IMG/VR virus record: IMGVR_UViG_3300025674_000019
Location: 69,290 to 133,289 of that record
Source: a virus
DNA length: 64,000 nucleotides
Reading direction: 5' to 3' (one strand)
Shown here: in pieces, positions 36,106 to 46,474 of the stretch
Position numbering within the stretch: position 1 is the stretch's first letter
How the letters are laid out: every line of letters begins with the position of its first letter
Position numbers and translations under genes: made by a program
The notes under the pieces: model-generated
Told to the model about the DNA's origin: nothing
What the model saw: only the letters and a program-made list of their open reading frames with translations
Database searches by the model: none

Positions 36106-38015
36106 TATACGGCGTACCAATCAGTTCCATTAAAAATTACTCTCAGGCTAGAGCGAGACCCTAGATTATTACCAGAGATATTCGACCCCCCGCTGTAAAT
36201 AGCCCCGCCATTTGCGGTCACGGTAATAGAGTTAGTCTCGTTGGTATTTACCACTACTATCTCTCGACCAGCAGTCTGAAACGCTGAGTTAGGGAGGGTA
36301 ACGTTACCTGTACAGAAAACTACGTGATCTGTAGAAGCAACCGAGGTATTGCTACTTTCTTTGTAGACCAAAGCTCCGTCGAAGTCGATACCTTGGTCAC
36401 CGCCTATAATCTTTCCAGCTACATTTATGTCACCAGAAACCTGAACCACTTCGCTCCCGCCAGTGGGGTTTAAAGTTAAGTTGCCGGTGCTAGTAATGCT
36501 AGTGCTGTTGATCGTTAGATCGTCAACTACTAGAGATGTAAAGCCTGTAGCGGCACCTCCAGTAATAGACGCAGTACCATCTGTTACCGTAGTAGCAGTA
36601 AGAGTCCCAGTAACATCAGCTCCTGAGCTTGTAACACTCAGTATCTCAGTATTATTTACGAACGTGTTAACCTCATTAGCGGTTCCAAAAGTAATATACT
36701 CTTGGTCTCCTGCGGTACCGAGCTTTGTAAAGCCCGAATTTATAATAGAGGTAAGCCCAGTGGCTTCTGGGGTTGTAGAAAGAACTCCGTTAGTTGCGGT
36801 AAGACCAGTACCAGCCGTAGCTGAGACAACGTCAGCAATAGCCTCTAGCTTAGTAGAGCTATCGGTAGCGTCAACAATAGCAATGCTGTCTGCAGAAACG
36901 TCTACAGCTGCACCTGCAAGACCATTTAGGTCGAGAGCCAGGGCTGACCCTCCGCCGCCAGTGAGACCATCGCCTGCTGCTGCAGTTGAGATCCTAACAG
37001 CGTCAGAGTCAATCTCCAGCCCTGCCCCAGTAGTAACCGCCAGAACACCGGCATTAGCAGCTAAGCCATCTCCAGCCGTAGCCGAGATAACGTCAGCAAC
37101 AGCCTCTAGCTTAGTGGAGCTATCGGTAGCGTCAACAATAGCAATGCTGTCTGCAGAAACATCTACAGCTGCACCTGCAAGACCATTTAGGTCGAGAGCC
37201 AGAACACCGGCATTAGCAGCTAAGCCATCTCCAGCCGTAGCTGAGATAACGTCCGCTAGGGCGTCTTTCTTCATTACTCCGTCAGAGTCTTCGAAGTAGA
37301 TTGAATCTTCTCCGACGGTCAGTGCGGTGTCTGCAGTAGCAGAAGCTGTGATTGGCCCTGCGATTGTTACGCCGCCAGTACCATCAGGGTCCAGAGTAAT
37401 GTTACCATTCTCCCCTGCAGCCAGGGTAATAGACCCGCTATTAGTGCCAGAGTTTGTCTGTAGAACAAGATTCTGAGCTCCACTGCTAGTTACAGTACCT
37501 GCAGCATCTCCCTCTCCGACTACTACAAGGTCAGAGGACAGGATTAGGCTCCCAGTACCGTCGGGAGTAAGAGTAAGGTCATTATCTGTACCAGAAGCAC
37601 TGACTAGGGCGTCGGCCTCCAAGTTAGTCACCACAAAGGTGGTATCCTCTAGGCCAGCTAGAGGTATGTCTGAACCCGGAGTTGGTTCATTAGTAAGCCC
37701 AGTAGCAAGCTTCCACTTTCCGTCTGAAGCATCTCGATACAGTACACTGTACTTAGGGGTCTCGCCTTCCTGATACTGAGCAAAGATACCTATGTCCAGC
37801 AAATCATCGGAGTTACCGTTAGCCAGCTTAATAAGAGGCTCATCCACCGTGAGATTATCTACATTAATCTCTGAAGCGTTCCCTATAATATTGAGGTTAC
37901 CAGTGATGGTGACATTCCCGAGAGCATTCATGTCCCCGGCGTAAACAGTCCCCCAGCGAAGGGCTGCAGTCCCTAGGTCATGACTACCTGTTGTTTTTGG
38001 AGCTACTGCTGCCAT
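36105..38015 (-). CDS. Tail fibre/spike protein with internal repeats
   Basis: DLGTAALRW..VY, GNL.I.G....I...NL.V.EPLI.L; repeated ADVISATAGDGLAANAGVLA. Confidence 0.75.
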   Translation of the reverse strand: MAAVAPKTTGSHDLGTAALRWGTVYAGDMNALGNVTITGNLNIIGNASEINVDNLTVDEPLIKLANGNSDDLLDIGIFAQYQEGETPKYSVLYRDASDGKWKLATGLTNEPTPGSDIPLAGLEDTTFVVTNLEADALVSASGTDNDLTLTPDGTGSLILSSDLVVVGEGDAAGTVTSSGAQNLVLQTNSGTNSGSITLAAGENGNITLDPDGTGGVTIAGPITASATADTALTVGEDSIYFEDSDGVMKKDALADVISATAGDGLAANAGVLALDLNGLAGAAVDVSADSIAIVDATDSSTKLEAVADVISATAGDGLAANAGVLAVTTGAGLEIDSDAVRISTAAAGDGLTGGGGSALALDLNGLAGAAVDVSADSIAIVDATDSSTKLEAIADVVSATAGTGLTATNGVLSTTPEATGLTSIINSGFTKLGTAGDQEYITFGTANEVNTFVNNTEILSVTSSGADVTGTLTATTVTDGTASITGGAATGFTSLVVDDLTINSTSITSTGNLTLNPTGGSEVVQVSGDINVAGKIIGGDQGIDFDGALVYKESSNTSVASTDHVVFCTGNVTLPNSAFQTAGREIVVVNTNETNSITVTANGGAIYSGGSNISGNNLGSRSSLRVIFNGTDWYAV

Positions 38016-38017
38016 TT

Positions 38018-40897
38018 TTATACTCCTTTAAAGAGGGCGTTGCCGTCAGAGTCTGTCTCCCAGTATGTATCTGGAAGAGCAAATGTTGTTCCTGCGTCGA
38101 AGATCCAGACGGCACCCGAGGACTCCCCGTCACCGCTCTCACTAATTGTATGAGCGTAGTCCTGGCCGCCAATACTATGAGCTGCCACAGCTAAGAAGCT
38201 CTTCGCCGCCTCCAGCATATCAAAGGACCATGCTCCGTAGTGCCTATTTACTATTGTGGAGGGGTAGACCACACTAGAGTTGCCCGACCTTTGCCAAATA
38301 CTACCATCCATTCCTTTTAGGTGCTCAGGCTGTATAGCATCATCTGCAACCTTAGCCTCTGTGATGGCGTCATCTGCAACCTTGGCAGTGGTTACCTGGG
38401 CATCAGCCAGATGCTCCGTGTCGATAGCTCCGGCAGCGATATGCTCACTATCTACAGCGTCATCAGCTATCTTAGACCCGGTAATAGCGTCATCTGCTAT
38501 ATAGTCGGAAGCCAGGGCGGTGCCTTGCCAAGTACCAGTAGCTATGGTGCCAAGAGTGGTAATGCTAGCGCTTCCAGCCCAAGTACTGAGAGCAGTGTTC
38601 TCTACGTTATCGAGGCTTAGGTCTGATTTAACCTCGTCGAAGCTTTGGCTCTCTAGGCCGTTAGCTGTGAACCTAGCGTACTCGCCCGCAGCCACATCCG
38701 CAGAGTCTACCTCTACAGTGTTATTGTCAGCTATCCCGAAGGTCAGGATGTCTTGCTTAGCGGAAAGCTCACTAGAGATCTTGTTAGAAGACCATAGCTC
38801 ATCCTCAGCTGTACGATCATCAAATATATAAGTATCGGCGTCAGCGCCGTCGGCACCCGCAGGTCCTTGCTCACCTTGAATACCTTGAGGCCCCTGGGCG
38901 CCATCAGCACCGTCAGCACCAGCGGGACCCTGAATACCCTGAGGCCCTTGGGCACCATCAGCACCATCAGCACCTCGAAGATCAGGTGTGCTGAAGTCAG
39001 TGCCATCATCAAAGGTGAAGGTAACTACGCCAGCGTTGAAGGTAGTAGCGGTAATCCCGTTACCATCAGCACCATCAGCCCCGGCTGGGCCTTGAATACC
39101 CTGAGGCCCTTGGGCGCCATCAGCACCATCAGCCCCTGCGGGACCCTGAATACCCTGAGGCCCTTGGGCACCATCAGCACCATCAGCACCTCGAAGATCA
39201 GGTGTGCTGAAGTCAGTGAAGTCAGTGCCATCATCAAAGGTGAAGGTAACTACGCCAGCGTTAAAGGTAGTAGCGGTAATCCCGTTACCATCAGCACCAT
39301 CAGCCCCAGCTGCTCCTGCTGGTCCTGCTGGCCCTTGAGCACCGTCAGCACCATCAGCCCCGGCTGGGCCTTGAATACCCTGAGCACCGTCAGCCCCCCG
39401 AAGATCAGGTGTACTGAAGTCAGTGCCATCATCAAAGGTGAAGGTAACTACGCCAGCGTTGAAGGTAGTAGCGGTAATCCCGTTACCATCAGCCCCAACA
39501 GCACCATCAGCACCGGCTGCTCCTGCTGGCCCTTGTGGGCCTATGGGGCCTTGTATACCTTGATCACCTTGGGCTCCCTGAACCCCTTGTATGCCTTGCT
39601 CTCCTTGAGGGCCCTGCGCGCCTTGAGGGCCCTGTGCGCCTTGAGGCCCTTGGATAGATCCGCCGCTAACAAAGTTAGTACCATCATGGATGTGTAGGCT
39701 GTCGTCTGCCTGTACTATGTACGCATCTCCAGCAGAGGCGTTTACAGGCAGGTCATTAGTAGTTGCTACTGAGCCCTTAAATGTAATGCCTGAGCCTGCA
39801 GCTCCTTGGGGCCCCGCAGGACCCTGCTCTCCCTGGATACCTTGAATACCCTGAAGACCTTGTGGGCCTTGAGCCCCCTCAGCACCTGCTGGACCTTGGT
39901 CTCCTTGAGGGCCTTGAGGGCCTACTGCACCTTGCGGACCCGCGTCTCCTTGGAGGCCTTGAATACCTTGCGGGCCTGCGTCTCCTTGAGGGCCTTGTGG
40001 GCCGACTGCCCCGTCGGCACCGTCAGCTCCCGCTGGGCCTTGAGCACCCTGTAAGCCCTGCTCTCCTTGAGGCCCTTGAGGCCCGACTGCACCGTCAGCT
40101 CCCGCTGGGCCTTGAGCACCCTGTAAGCCCTGCTCTCCTTGAGGCCCTTGAGGCCCGACTGCACCGTCAGCTCCCGCTGGTCCTTGGATACCTTGTGGCC
40201 CCTGGTCTCCTTGAGGGCCTTGAGGCCCGACTGCACCATCAGCGCCTCTAAGGTCTGGAGTACTGAAGCTAGAGCCGTCAGTAAAGCTAAACTTAACTAC
40301 ACCGTCAGTAATAGTGGCAGCCGTGATTCCAGTACCAAGTACTGTTTTCTGCTGATTATTATCTGTTACAGCTAGAGTGCCAGTATCAGTGTCAAAACTA
40401 ACGGTAGCGTCACCTAGAAATAATGAGTTCTCACTAAGGTATAAGTGCCTAAACTTATTCTCAGCGCTACCTAGGTCCTGTGCCTTGTTACCTGCAGGTA
40501 TAATATGAGTGTGAGGAGTAATAGTGTTAGCTGTTACACTGAGTGTAGTAGTGCTATCTACAGTTACACGAACTTCCCCAGCCCCACCTGCACCGTCTAG
40601 GACCTCTACAGTAGAGTCACCTTCAGTGATCTTATCAGTGAAGCCACCGCCCCCACCGCCATTAGCCTGTACGTAATTTACTACGGCTTGCTGAGTAGGA
40701 GCTACAGTAGCAGAGGGGTTGGCCCCGTCTATCGCGTCGTTAGAAGGAGCCGCTAGGGCAGCACCTGCAACAGTTAGGGTACTAGCTAGTACTACAGGCC
40801 CATCCGCGTTGATGCCTCCGACATATAGCGTATTGAACCTGCGGTTACTAGAACCTAAGTCATGACTTTTATTTTGTTCTGTTCTAATCGCAGTCAT
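38018..40897 (-). CDS. Collagen-like fibre protein
   Basis: Long Gly-X-Y runs; repeated DGNGITATTFNAGVVTFTFDDGTDFSTPDLRG; IADDA(V/I)T repeats; DLGS...F..LY motifs. Confidence 0.85.
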   Translation of the reverse strand: MTAIRTEQNKSHDLGSSNRRFNTLYVGGINADGPVVLASTLTVAGAALAAPSNDAIDGANPSATVAPTQQAVVNYVQANGGGGGGFTDKITEGDSTVEVLDGAGGAGEVRVTVDSTTTLSVTANTITPHTHIIPAGNKAQDLGSAENKFRHLYLSENSLFLGDATVSFDTDTGTLAVTDNNQQKTVLGTGITAATITDGVVKFSFTDGSSFSTPDLRGADGAVGPQGPQGDQGPQGIQGPAGADGAVGPQGPQGEQGLQGAQGPAGADGAVGPQGPQGEQGLQGAQGPAGADGADGAVGPQGPQGDAGPQGIQGLQGDAGPQGAVGPQGPQGDQGPAGAEGAQGPQGLQGIQGIQGEQGPAGPQGAAGSGITFKGSVATTNDLPVNASAGDAYIVQADDSLHIHDGTNFVSGGSIQGPQGAQGPQGAQGPQGEQGIQGVQGAQGDQGIQGPIGPQGPAGAAGADGAVGADGNGITATTFNAGVVTFTFDDGTDFSTPDLRGADGAQGIQGPAGADGADGAQGPAGPAGAAGADGADGNGITATTFNAGVVTFTFDDGTDFTDFSTPDLRGADGADGAQGPQGIQGPAGADGADGAQGPQGIQGPAGADGADGNGITATTFNAGVVTFTFDDGTDFSTPDLRGADGADGAQGPQGIQGPAGADGADGAQGPQGIQGEQGPAGADGADADTYIFDDRTAEDELWSSNKISSELSAKQDILTFGIADNNTVEVDSADVAAGEYARFTANGLESQSFDEVKSDLSLDNVENTALSTWAGSASITTLGTIATGTWQGTALASDYIADDAITGSKIADDAVDSEHIAAGAIDTEHLADAQVTTAKVADDAITEAKVADDAIQPEHLKGMDGSIWQRSGNSSVVYPSTIVNRHYGAWSFDMLEAAKSFLAVAAHSIGGQDYAHTISESGDGESSGAVWIFDAGTTFALPDTYWETDSDGNALFKGV

Positions 40898-41199
40898 TAT
40901 GCAGCTCCAAACACTATGTCCGCGCCATCCCGAGTAAAGACACTCTCAGGGTAGCCTGTATCCTCTTCTGGGAAAATTATATCCCCAGTAAGAACATCCA
41001 ACAAGGAGCCACCTGTGTGCCCCGTAAGTATGAATGTGGTAGCTATGATGTCATCCCCCGAAGCCTTAAATAGGCTTGCGGGGGGAAGGTCTATGTTCTC
41101 TATGGCGGAGCGGAGCTTAGCATCTTCCGCAGCTCTTATAAGAGCTTCTTGCGCTAAGCTTATTTGATTAATAACTGGTGTTACATTAGTTACCGCCAT
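40897..41199 (-). CDS. Small fibre-associated protein
   Basis: AAGGAG RBS; coupled to the collagen gene. Confidence 0.55.
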   Translation of the reverse strand: MAVTNVTPVINQISLAQEALIRAAEDAKLRSAIENIDLPPASLFKASGDDIIATTFILTGHTGGSLLDVLTGDIIFPEEDTGYPESVFTRDGADIVFGAA

Positions 41200-41210
41200 A
41201 GAAGGTCTCC

Positions 41211-41642
<432 letters not shown>

Positions 41643-41666
41643 TTAAAGATCTCCTTAAGTTTGTGA

Positions 41667-41708
41667 TCTAAAGAAAAAGCCCTGAGGTCCGAGGACACAC
41701 AGGGCTTT
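41667..41708 (-). terminator. Intrinsic terminator after the major capsid gene
   Basis: AAAGCCCTG...CAGGGCTTT stem followed by TTCTTTAGA on the minus strand. Confidence 0.7.
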
Positions 41709-41764
41709 ATTCTAAGCATGTATTATAGATGTGTCTAGTAAGTCTATAGTTACCTCACCCTATC

Positions 41765-42745
41765 TTAGACGATTGGGTTGAAGTTATGAAGTTTAATAAT
41801 GCTGTTAGCGTTACCGATACCGATACCGGGCGCGCTGTAGGACCAGAACTCGATCATGTCAGCTTCTTGCTTAATGAAGAGAGTTGCATCCTGAAGAAGG
41901 AAGAAGTTCCCGAGGTAGTTCTGCGGAGCAAAGAGATAGATCTCGTTGTCCTCTACGATGTCGTTCTTGATGGTGGTGATAACAGGAACCCCAAAGAGCT
42001 TATCCTCACCGTCCATGCCGTTGTCGTAGTGGCGGCTCACAACGTCATTACCAACGTCAGTGTGGTCGAACTTAAGAGCTTCCATGAAGGTGCTCTTAGT
42101 CATAAGAAGCTTGCCGATAGGAAGCCTCTTGCTCGTCATGCTCTGGAAGAGCTGCGCGATGAGCGACTTAGAGAGCGGCTTCTCATTGCAGTTTAAGCGG
42201 TTATTCTCTCGAATCTGCTGCTGCGTAAAGAAAGTATCCGCAGCATTATTACCTAGAGTAGCGATACCACCAACCTGGCCCATAGCCGCGCCAACGGTCT
42301 CCATGAACTTCTTATCTTCCTCGTTCGCCATGTCCTTGACCGAGTTATCGGTGAGGATCTTGCGAATGTCGTTCTGATAAGTGAGGAGCTCGAACTTGCT
42401 CTTCGTGAAGTGCTCAGTCTCGATCTTACCGAAGCTAACACTATAGCGTGGGCCACGGAAGAACGTACGCTGACCGGAACCCTTGAAGGTCACGAAGGTA
42501 GCGACCGAATCGGGCTCCTTCTCGATGATCTTCTTGGGCTGGTCAGTGTGCTCATCGCGGTCGATCTCATCTGCACCAATCTCGACTGGCTCTAGGATCT
42601 CACGCGCAAAGCTCTCCTCGCGAAGCTTGCTGCGGATAAAGCGGCTGCCCTCGTCCTGGGCCTCCTTGACTCGGCCCTCATCCAGCTTACGAACGAAGCT
42701 CTGATTGATGAACTGGGCACTAATTCCTGAAGTCTCAACATTCAT
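41765..42745 (-). CDS. Major capsid protein (HK97 fold)
   Basis: FIRSKLREESFAREIL, EED..F, LFGVPVITTIK, IYLFAPQNYLG.F, GIGIGN; strongly C/G-ending codons; followed by a terminator. Confidence 0.85.
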   Translation of the reverse strand: MNVETSGISAQFINQSFVRKLDEGRVKEAQDEGSRFIRSKLREESFAREILEPVEIGADEIDRDEHTDQPKKIIEKEPDSVATFVTFKGSGQRTFFRGPRYSVSFGKIETEHFTKSKFELLTYQNDIRKILTDNSVKDMANEEDKKFMETVGAAMGQVGGIATLGNNAADTFFTQQQIRENNRLNCNEKPLSKSLIAQLFQSMTSKRLPIGKLLMTKSTFMEALKFDHTDVGNDVVSRHYDNGMDGEDKLFGVPVITTIKNDIVEDNEIYLFAPQNYLGNFFLLQDATLFIKQEADMIEFWSYSAPGIGIGNANSIIKLHNFNPIV

Positions 42746-42765
42746 CGTGTTACTCCGTGTCGATA

Positions 42766-43299
42766 TTAGTGGAAGAGAACGTCTAGCGTCTCGTTATCAG
42801 AATCATAACCAAGTACGACACCGACAGGCGCGTTAGTCTGCCCTTGAGCCGGGTTATACGCAACAACGATGCCGTCAGTAATAGTGACTAGTGCGCCACC
42901 AGCCATACCCGCCTCGTTGAACTGGTCTACACCATTCGGGATGCTAGCTGACCCGAAAGCATTCTGGGACATGCTGGCCTCTTTATGGAAGCGAGCCACA
43001 AAGCCGCCCCCAACAAGAACAGTGATGGTCTTGCTCATAGCAGCGGAGGTCTCTTCTAGGCCTTCGATGATAAGACCGAATCCCCCGAGGCCCTGATGCT
43101 GTCCGTTAGCATCAATAACCGCGTCTACGTCTTCCATAGTGCTACCAGCGATAGCCCTACCGTTGTCGTTGATAAGCTTAACGAAGGTGCCCGCGCGGAA
43201 CTTGTGGTTGTCCGCAGCCTCCATGCCTACATCGATAGCTACAGCCGATCCGTTAGGCCAGCCGCGCAGAATATCGAACTTGGAATTTAAAACAGCCAT
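42766..43299 (-). CDS. Capsid decoration/cement protein
   Basis: Directly upstream of the capsid gene; G.FV.L...S.TITVL.GG...G..V....G......VGVV beta-tulip-like pattern. Confidence 0.65.
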   Translation of the reverse strand: MAVLNSKFDILRGWPNGSAVAIDVGMEAADNHKFRAGTFVKLINDNGRAIAGSTMEDVDAVIDANGQHQGLGGFGLIIEGLEETSAAMSKTITVLVGGGFVARFHKEASMSQNAFGSASIPNGVDQFNEAGMAGGALVTITDGIVVAYNPAQGQTNAPVGVVLGYDSDNETLDVLFH

Positions 43300-43314
43300 T
43301 TTCTACTCCTTCTA

Positions 43315-43632
43315 TTAGGAAAGGATCCAAGATGCAAATGCGTCATCAGCGCGGCCTTGGCCTCTGCCAGCGCTTGCAAGTTTAGTAGCCCCTCCTAATT
43401 GGGGAGCATCAGTACCAGCAACCTTAGTAATAAGGTCGAGAGTGTCGTCATCAAGTTGGCTAAGCTTCTCTACAGCGTCATCACCTAAATGGGAGAACTG
43501 CTGAGCGAGGGGCTCAACCCTTTTCTGCCTTTCAGCTTGCTTAATAGTATTAAGCTCATCCTGAAGAGTAGACTTCTCTTCAGCAACAGCCTCAAGGACA
43601 TCAGCTACCTTTAGTAGGAAATCTGAGTTCAT
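43315..43632 (-). CDS. Scaffold-like protein (K-x-A motifs)
   Basis: KVAD, KQAE, KVAG, KLAS; helical; C-terminal F..WIL; scaffold position. Confidence 0.55.
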   Translation of the reverse strand: MNSDFLLKVADVLEAVAEEKSTLQDELNTIKQAERQKRVEPLAQQFSHLGDDAVEKLSQLDDDTLDLITKVAGTDAPQLGGATKLASAGRGQGRADDAFASWILS

Positions 43633-43769
43633 TGTAGTTTTCTCCTAAGAAGTTCCAAACCGGTAGCTGCAATCGTAATAGAGGCAAGCTTTTTCTGCTT
43701 GTTAGCCTCGACTTGGTGAGCATACTCCCTAATTAACTTAGCGAGTTTTTCTAGCTTAGCCGCGTCCAT
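43629..43769 (-). CDS. 46-aa head-module protein
   Basis: AGGAGG RBS; MDAAKLEKLAKLIREYAHQVEANKQKKLAS...; ATGA coupling. Confidence 0.55.
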   Translation of the reverse strand: MDAAKLEKLAKLIREYAHQVEANKQKKLASITIAATGLELLRRKLQ

Positions 43770-43986
43770 TGAGACCTCCTACGAAAGTGTATAGATCCTG
43801 GTATGTAGGTTCAATATTTACAGAACGTACTACGCCAGCAAGCTTTACTAACCCCTTTACTTCGTCGTTAGAGAGGTTTAAAGAAGCAAGCTTTTCACTA
43901 GCTTCTTCTTTTACAGGAGCTTGTAGGCTAGCACGAGCTTCTTTAACCAAGGAGTCCATAGCCGCTGATAGCTTTACCTTTGCCAT
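43756..43986 (-). CDS. Head-module protein (K-x-A motifs)
   Basis: KEA, KLAS, KLAG. Confidence 0.6.
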   Translation of the reverse strand: MAKVKLSAAMDSLVKEARASLQAPVKEEASEKLASLNLSNDEVKGLVKLAGVVRSVNIEPTYQDLYTFVGGLNGRG

Positions 43987-44351
43987 TAGTAACTCCTCCT
44001 AGAAGGCTTAGCTGCAGACATAATCATATTTAGATCGTCTGGTGTAAAATCAAACTGCCCATACCCGGGAGTGCTAGGGCTGCCCAAGGATTCGGGAAGT
44101 TTAGAACCAGCGTAACCCGCTGCCACACCTAAGGCCGCCGCCACAGCGGGGGAGACATAAGCGGGCTCAGGGTCATCAGCAGTAGCCCTACCTAGAGCAA
44201 CCCCACCTAAGCCTAACCCTAGCGCGCTTCCTCCTATGGCTAAGTTTTTTAAGGAACTAGCAATTTTTTGCTGTACCTCTAAAACCTCTTCTACGCCATA
44301 AGAAGATGCAAGCTTTTCTATAGCTGCCTTAACCTCAGGTGATCTAGGCAT
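43986..44351 (-). CDS. Head-module membrane-type protein (K-x-A motifs)
   Basis: KLAS and KIAS followed by two Gly/Ala-rich hydrophobic helices. Confidence 0.6.
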   Translation of the reverse strand: MPRSPEVKAAIEKLASSYGVEEVLEVQQKIASSLKNLAIGGSALGLGLGGVALGRATADDPEPAYVSPAVAAALGVAAGYAGSKLPESLGSPSTPGYGQFDFTPDDLNMIMSAAKPSRRSY

Positions 44352-44353
44352 GA

Positions 44354-44974
44354 TTATCCCGCTAGCTTTGCTAGGATGTTGTTGCCAACTTTGAAGCCTA
44401 GGCCTTCATAGTGGCTAGCAAGCTTAACGAGGTCAGACGCAATTTTCTCTGCGTCCTGCTGCCCCTTGATGTAAGAAGCAACCTTAACGGCGTCTTCTTG
44501 GCCCTTGTTAAAAGCAGCTACTTTATGCATCTCTGCAACCTTATCAAAAGATGCAGTTTTAACTTGGGGCTGGGCCCCCTGTAAGGACCGCATGGTATTC
44601 CTGTACCCAAGCTCCATGGCCTGCTTGATGAGCTCAGGAGAAGCCTGCTCCCCGTGAGAAGCAGTCTTAACACGAGGGCTAGCAGCCTCATAAGCGTTCA
44701 TCCGGTGGATAAAGCCGTCAGCTACAGCAGCTCCGTAGATATGCGCCTCTTTGACGAGGGCCTCTTGCTCTGCGTTAGCAAGGTCGCTAGCGATCTTCAT
44801 TAGATCGCCTGCGGGCTGAGACTGATTGTCAGAAGCTACTTTCTCTGTAGTAGAGCCAAGTGCTCTGTCGATAGCGCTGCTTAGGGAAGAGCTTCCCTGG
44901 CTAGTGCTGGCATCAGCCGAAGCGGTCTTCTCGGTATCGCCAGAAAGTGAATTTAGAATCTCTGAAAGTTCCAT
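44354..44974 (-). CDS. Scaffold/inner-core protein, very K-x-A rich
   Basis: EKTAS, EKVAS, KIAS, KEA, KTAS, KQA, KTAS, KVA, KVAA, KVAS, KIAS, KLAS, KLAG in 206 aa. Confidence 0.65.
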   Translation of the reverse strand: MELSEILNSLSGDTEKTASADASTSQGSSSLSSAIDRALGSTTEKVASDNQSQPAGDLMKIASDLANAEQEALVKEAHIYGAAVADGFIHRMNAYEAASPRVKTASHGEQASPELIKQAMELGYRNTMRSLQGAQPQVKTASFDKVAEMHKVAAFNKGQEDAVKVASYIKGQQDAEKIASDLVKLASHYEGLGFKVGNNILAKLAG

Positions 44975-44983
44975 TGTAGCTCC

Positions 44984-46468
44984 TTAGGAATGTATGAGCG
45001 CTTGACCTAGGTGAGTAAAGTACTTATCAGGGTCCGTCTTAAATAAGTTTATGTTCCCTAGCTCTTGCACGCTAGAACTCTTTATGAACCCAGAATGATT
45101 ATTTAAGACATCTGCAGCCCTAGACTGTAGGTATGCCAGCTTATTGCTAGAGTTTAAAGCTTTTCCTACATAAACTAAGGATGCTAAGCAAGTAATGCCG
45201 GCAACCTTATACATCTCTGAAGACAAACCCTCGGCAGAAGCGTGCTTAAGGCTATACCCATGCGATGCTAGAACCACCCTGACTTCAGGGGCATTCGAGC
45301 TCTCTACAGCCACATCCGGTAGCCCCGACATGTCAGAAACTGCCTCTGCAATCTCTGGGTGCTTAGACAAGACTCTAAGCATGTCTGACTGCAAAGATAC
45401 GAGCTTACCTGCTAATCCAGAAGGAGCCTTAGACCCTGTAAGCTTCATAAACATAAGGTCTAGGAACTCGGGGGTCATTAGGAGGATACCATTATCTCCA
45501 AGCATGCTAAGAGACTCTGACAGGTTCAGGGAACCTAAATCTCTTATAGCGGAGTCCGGGAGCCTCTTGTAGCTAGATACAATCTTAGGAGCTAAGGTCT
45601 TAAGCCACTTTACTGCTAGGTGCTTTTCCCCTTCTCCCATATCTTCAGTAGGTATGTGGTCTAAGCCTACTGCTACACCCTCTATAGTCTTATCTATATC
45701 GGCGGCTTTATTAAGGTACTTAGCTATAACAGTCAGACCTGCAGCCTTCTCAGCAAGGTAAGCACTAGATTCTCCCCGCTCGCGAGCTCCGCCATCAAAA
45801 GCGACTTTCTTCAGCATGTACCCCGTCTTATCCGCAGGTCGGTAGACTACAGATATATCAAAGAAGTTAGGGGCAGGGTTATCTGCGCATACCACCCTGC
45901 CGTCAGGGTAAATATCGTTCATTTGGTACTTAAGGTGCGTACAGTACTGCGCCCTAGTTGGGGCCTTATTGCCGCAGATGCTGCAAACATCGTATTTAAT
46001 ACGACAGCCCATGCTTACAGCTACGTCTTTTTGCTCCCTTACCTTCTGAACTATGTCGGGACACAGAGCATCATCTAGTTGCATGATGATCTCTACTCTA
46101 TGCATATCGTGGTTGTAAAAGCTCTTTATAACCTTACCGATAGCTTTTGCGGGGTCTTTGTTGACGTGTGACTTAAACACATGGGCGTTAGACTCAAAAG
46201 TATGGTGATGCTTTATAAGCTCAGACTCTCTGAACGCATCGCCATTTCGGTTAGGGCCGTAGTATTCACTAGCGCCCATTGCTAGGACTAGTATACTAGT
46301 CTTGCCCGGTTCTTTCTTTACATGCTTAGAGTACTCAAGGGCCTCTGAAGCTACCTTCTCCATGGAGAGGGTGTCGTAGTCTAATAGCCTAACAGTAGGC
46401 TCGATGCCTCCCGATTTAGATACTAAATAAGGGTCTGTTTCTACTATTTTCTCTAAGTAACCGGGCAT
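44984..46468 (-). CDS. Prohead maturation protease
   Basis: GPNRNGDAF, HVF..H.NKDP..AIG, VAVSMGC (catalytic Ser) with CSICGN..YCTH zinc insert, FFDISVV..PAD. Confidence 0.8.
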   Translation of the reverse strand: MPGYLEKIVETDPYLVSKSGGIEPTVRLLDYDTLSMEKVASEALEYSKHVKKEPGKTSILVLAMGASEYYGPNRNGDAFRESELIKHHHTFESNAHVFKSHVNKDPAKAIGKVIKSFYNHDMHRVEIIMQLDDALCPDIVQKVREQKDVAVSMGCRIKYDVCSICGNKAPTRAQYCTHLKYQMNDIYPDGRVVCADNPAPNFFDISVVYRPADKTGYMLKKVAFDGGARERGESSAYLAEKAAGLTVIAKYLNKAADIDKTIEGVAVGLDHIPTEDMGEGEKHLAVKWLKTLAPKIVSSYKRLPDSAIRDLGSLNLSESLSMLGDNGILLMTPEFLDLMFMKLTGSKAPSGLAGKLVSLQSDMLRVLSKHPEIAEAVSDMSGLPDVAVESSNAPEVRVVLASHGYSLKHASAEGLSSEMYKVAGITCLASLVYVGKALNSSNKLAYLQSRAADVLNNHSGFIKSSSVQELGNINLFKTDPDKYFTHLGQALIHS

Positions 46469-46474
46469 AAAGCT

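Noticed and set aside
36463-40375. Long plus-strand ORFs such as 36463-37299 and 38867-39697
   Set aside because: Antisense shadows of repetitive fibre genes; no RBS or plausible protein features
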